DNA of 64,000 nt from Gemmatimonadales bacterium. Lineage in GTDB: Bacteria; Gemmatimonadota; Gemmatimonadetes; Gemmatimonadales; GWC2-71-9. The DNA lies in the NCBI GenBank assembly GCA_036262935.1, contig DATAHW010000025.1, positions 17,094 through 81,093 of the forward strand, in the 5' to 3' direction. Below are positions 63,830 to 64,000 of this stretch, piece by piece. Position numbers and translations under genes: made by a program. The stretch's first letter is position 1. Every line of letters starts with the position of its first letter. The notes below the pieces were generated by a model. The model was not told where the DNA came from. It worked only from the letters and a program-made list of their open reading frames with translations, and ran no database searches.

Positions 63830-64000
63830 GTGCCGGAAATCCTCCGCGTGGGACTCCTGGGGTGCGGACTGATGGGCAGCGGCATCGCCCAGGCTGCCGC
63901 GACGGCCGGATTCAGCACGCTGGTGCGTGACGTCGAAGACGGGCTCCTCGCCCGTGGCGAGGACGCGATCCAGCGGTCGCTGGGCAAGCTGGTCGAAAAA
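63830..64000 (+). CDS. 3-hydroxyacyl/3-hydroxybutyryl-CoA dehydrogenase, N-terminal fragment
   Basis: GGAG lies before the GTG. VGLLGCGLMGSGIAQAAATAGFSTLVRDVED is the NAD-binding Rossmann start. Truncated by the window end. Confidence 0.7.
   Translation, partial: MPEILRVGLLGCGLMGSGIAQAAATAGFSTLVRDVEDGLLARGEDAIQRSLGKLVEK

Overview
Very GC-rich bacterial chromosomal segment, densely coding on both strands. I support about 70 CDSs. I saw no rRNA, tRNA, CRISPR array, transposase, integrase or phage genes. It reads as core chromosome, not an island.

Landmarks, left to right:
- lemA plus the start of an M48 peptidase.
- Three coupled regulators (MerR-like, REC, AraC-like).
- A TPR protein and an orphan pseudopilin.
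- An in-frame fusion of a half-receiver and Fis-type HTH to a YceI domain.
- A YhaM-like OB/HD nuclease.
- A roughly 600-nt ORF-poor, lower-GC island bracketed by two intrinsic-terminator hairpins.
- ogt and a cold-shock protein gene (csp).
- A LivJ-type binding protein coupled to a chemoreceptor.
- A cupredoxin and lepB.
- An RND efflux operon (pump, OMF, MFP) ending in bcp.
- A DUF1080-like protein, a HEAT protein and a TorF-like porin.
- gabT, saccharopine dehydrogenase and an aldehyde dehydrogenase running into a NarL-type two-component system.
- hemH and hemA, then hsp20.
- A gyrA-led string (gyrA, threonine dehydratase, REC-GAF-GGDEF, Ser/Thr kinase).
- An ECF sigma module with a secreted HEAT protein and two paralogous lipoproteins.
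- A Big_2/TolB-like protein and a histone H1-like protein.
- GH15, an amidohydrolase, and a NicO-like transporter divergent from selD.
- rnhA, glgC, a thiolase, an SPFH protein and the start of hbd.

The protein repertoire suggests a Gemmatimonadota- or Acidobacteriota-like soil bacterium. That is inference only.

I found no recognisable defence or mobile system. The most unusual items are:
- the regulator-YceI fusion with a matching direct repeat in its promoter region;
- the terminator-bracketed non-coding island with a TGTGGA hexamer array;
- the gyrA-led signalling string;
- the ECF module;
- a selD gene with none of the known selenium-utilisation partners in this window.

Many long ORFs in the supplied track are GC-driven antisense artefacts.
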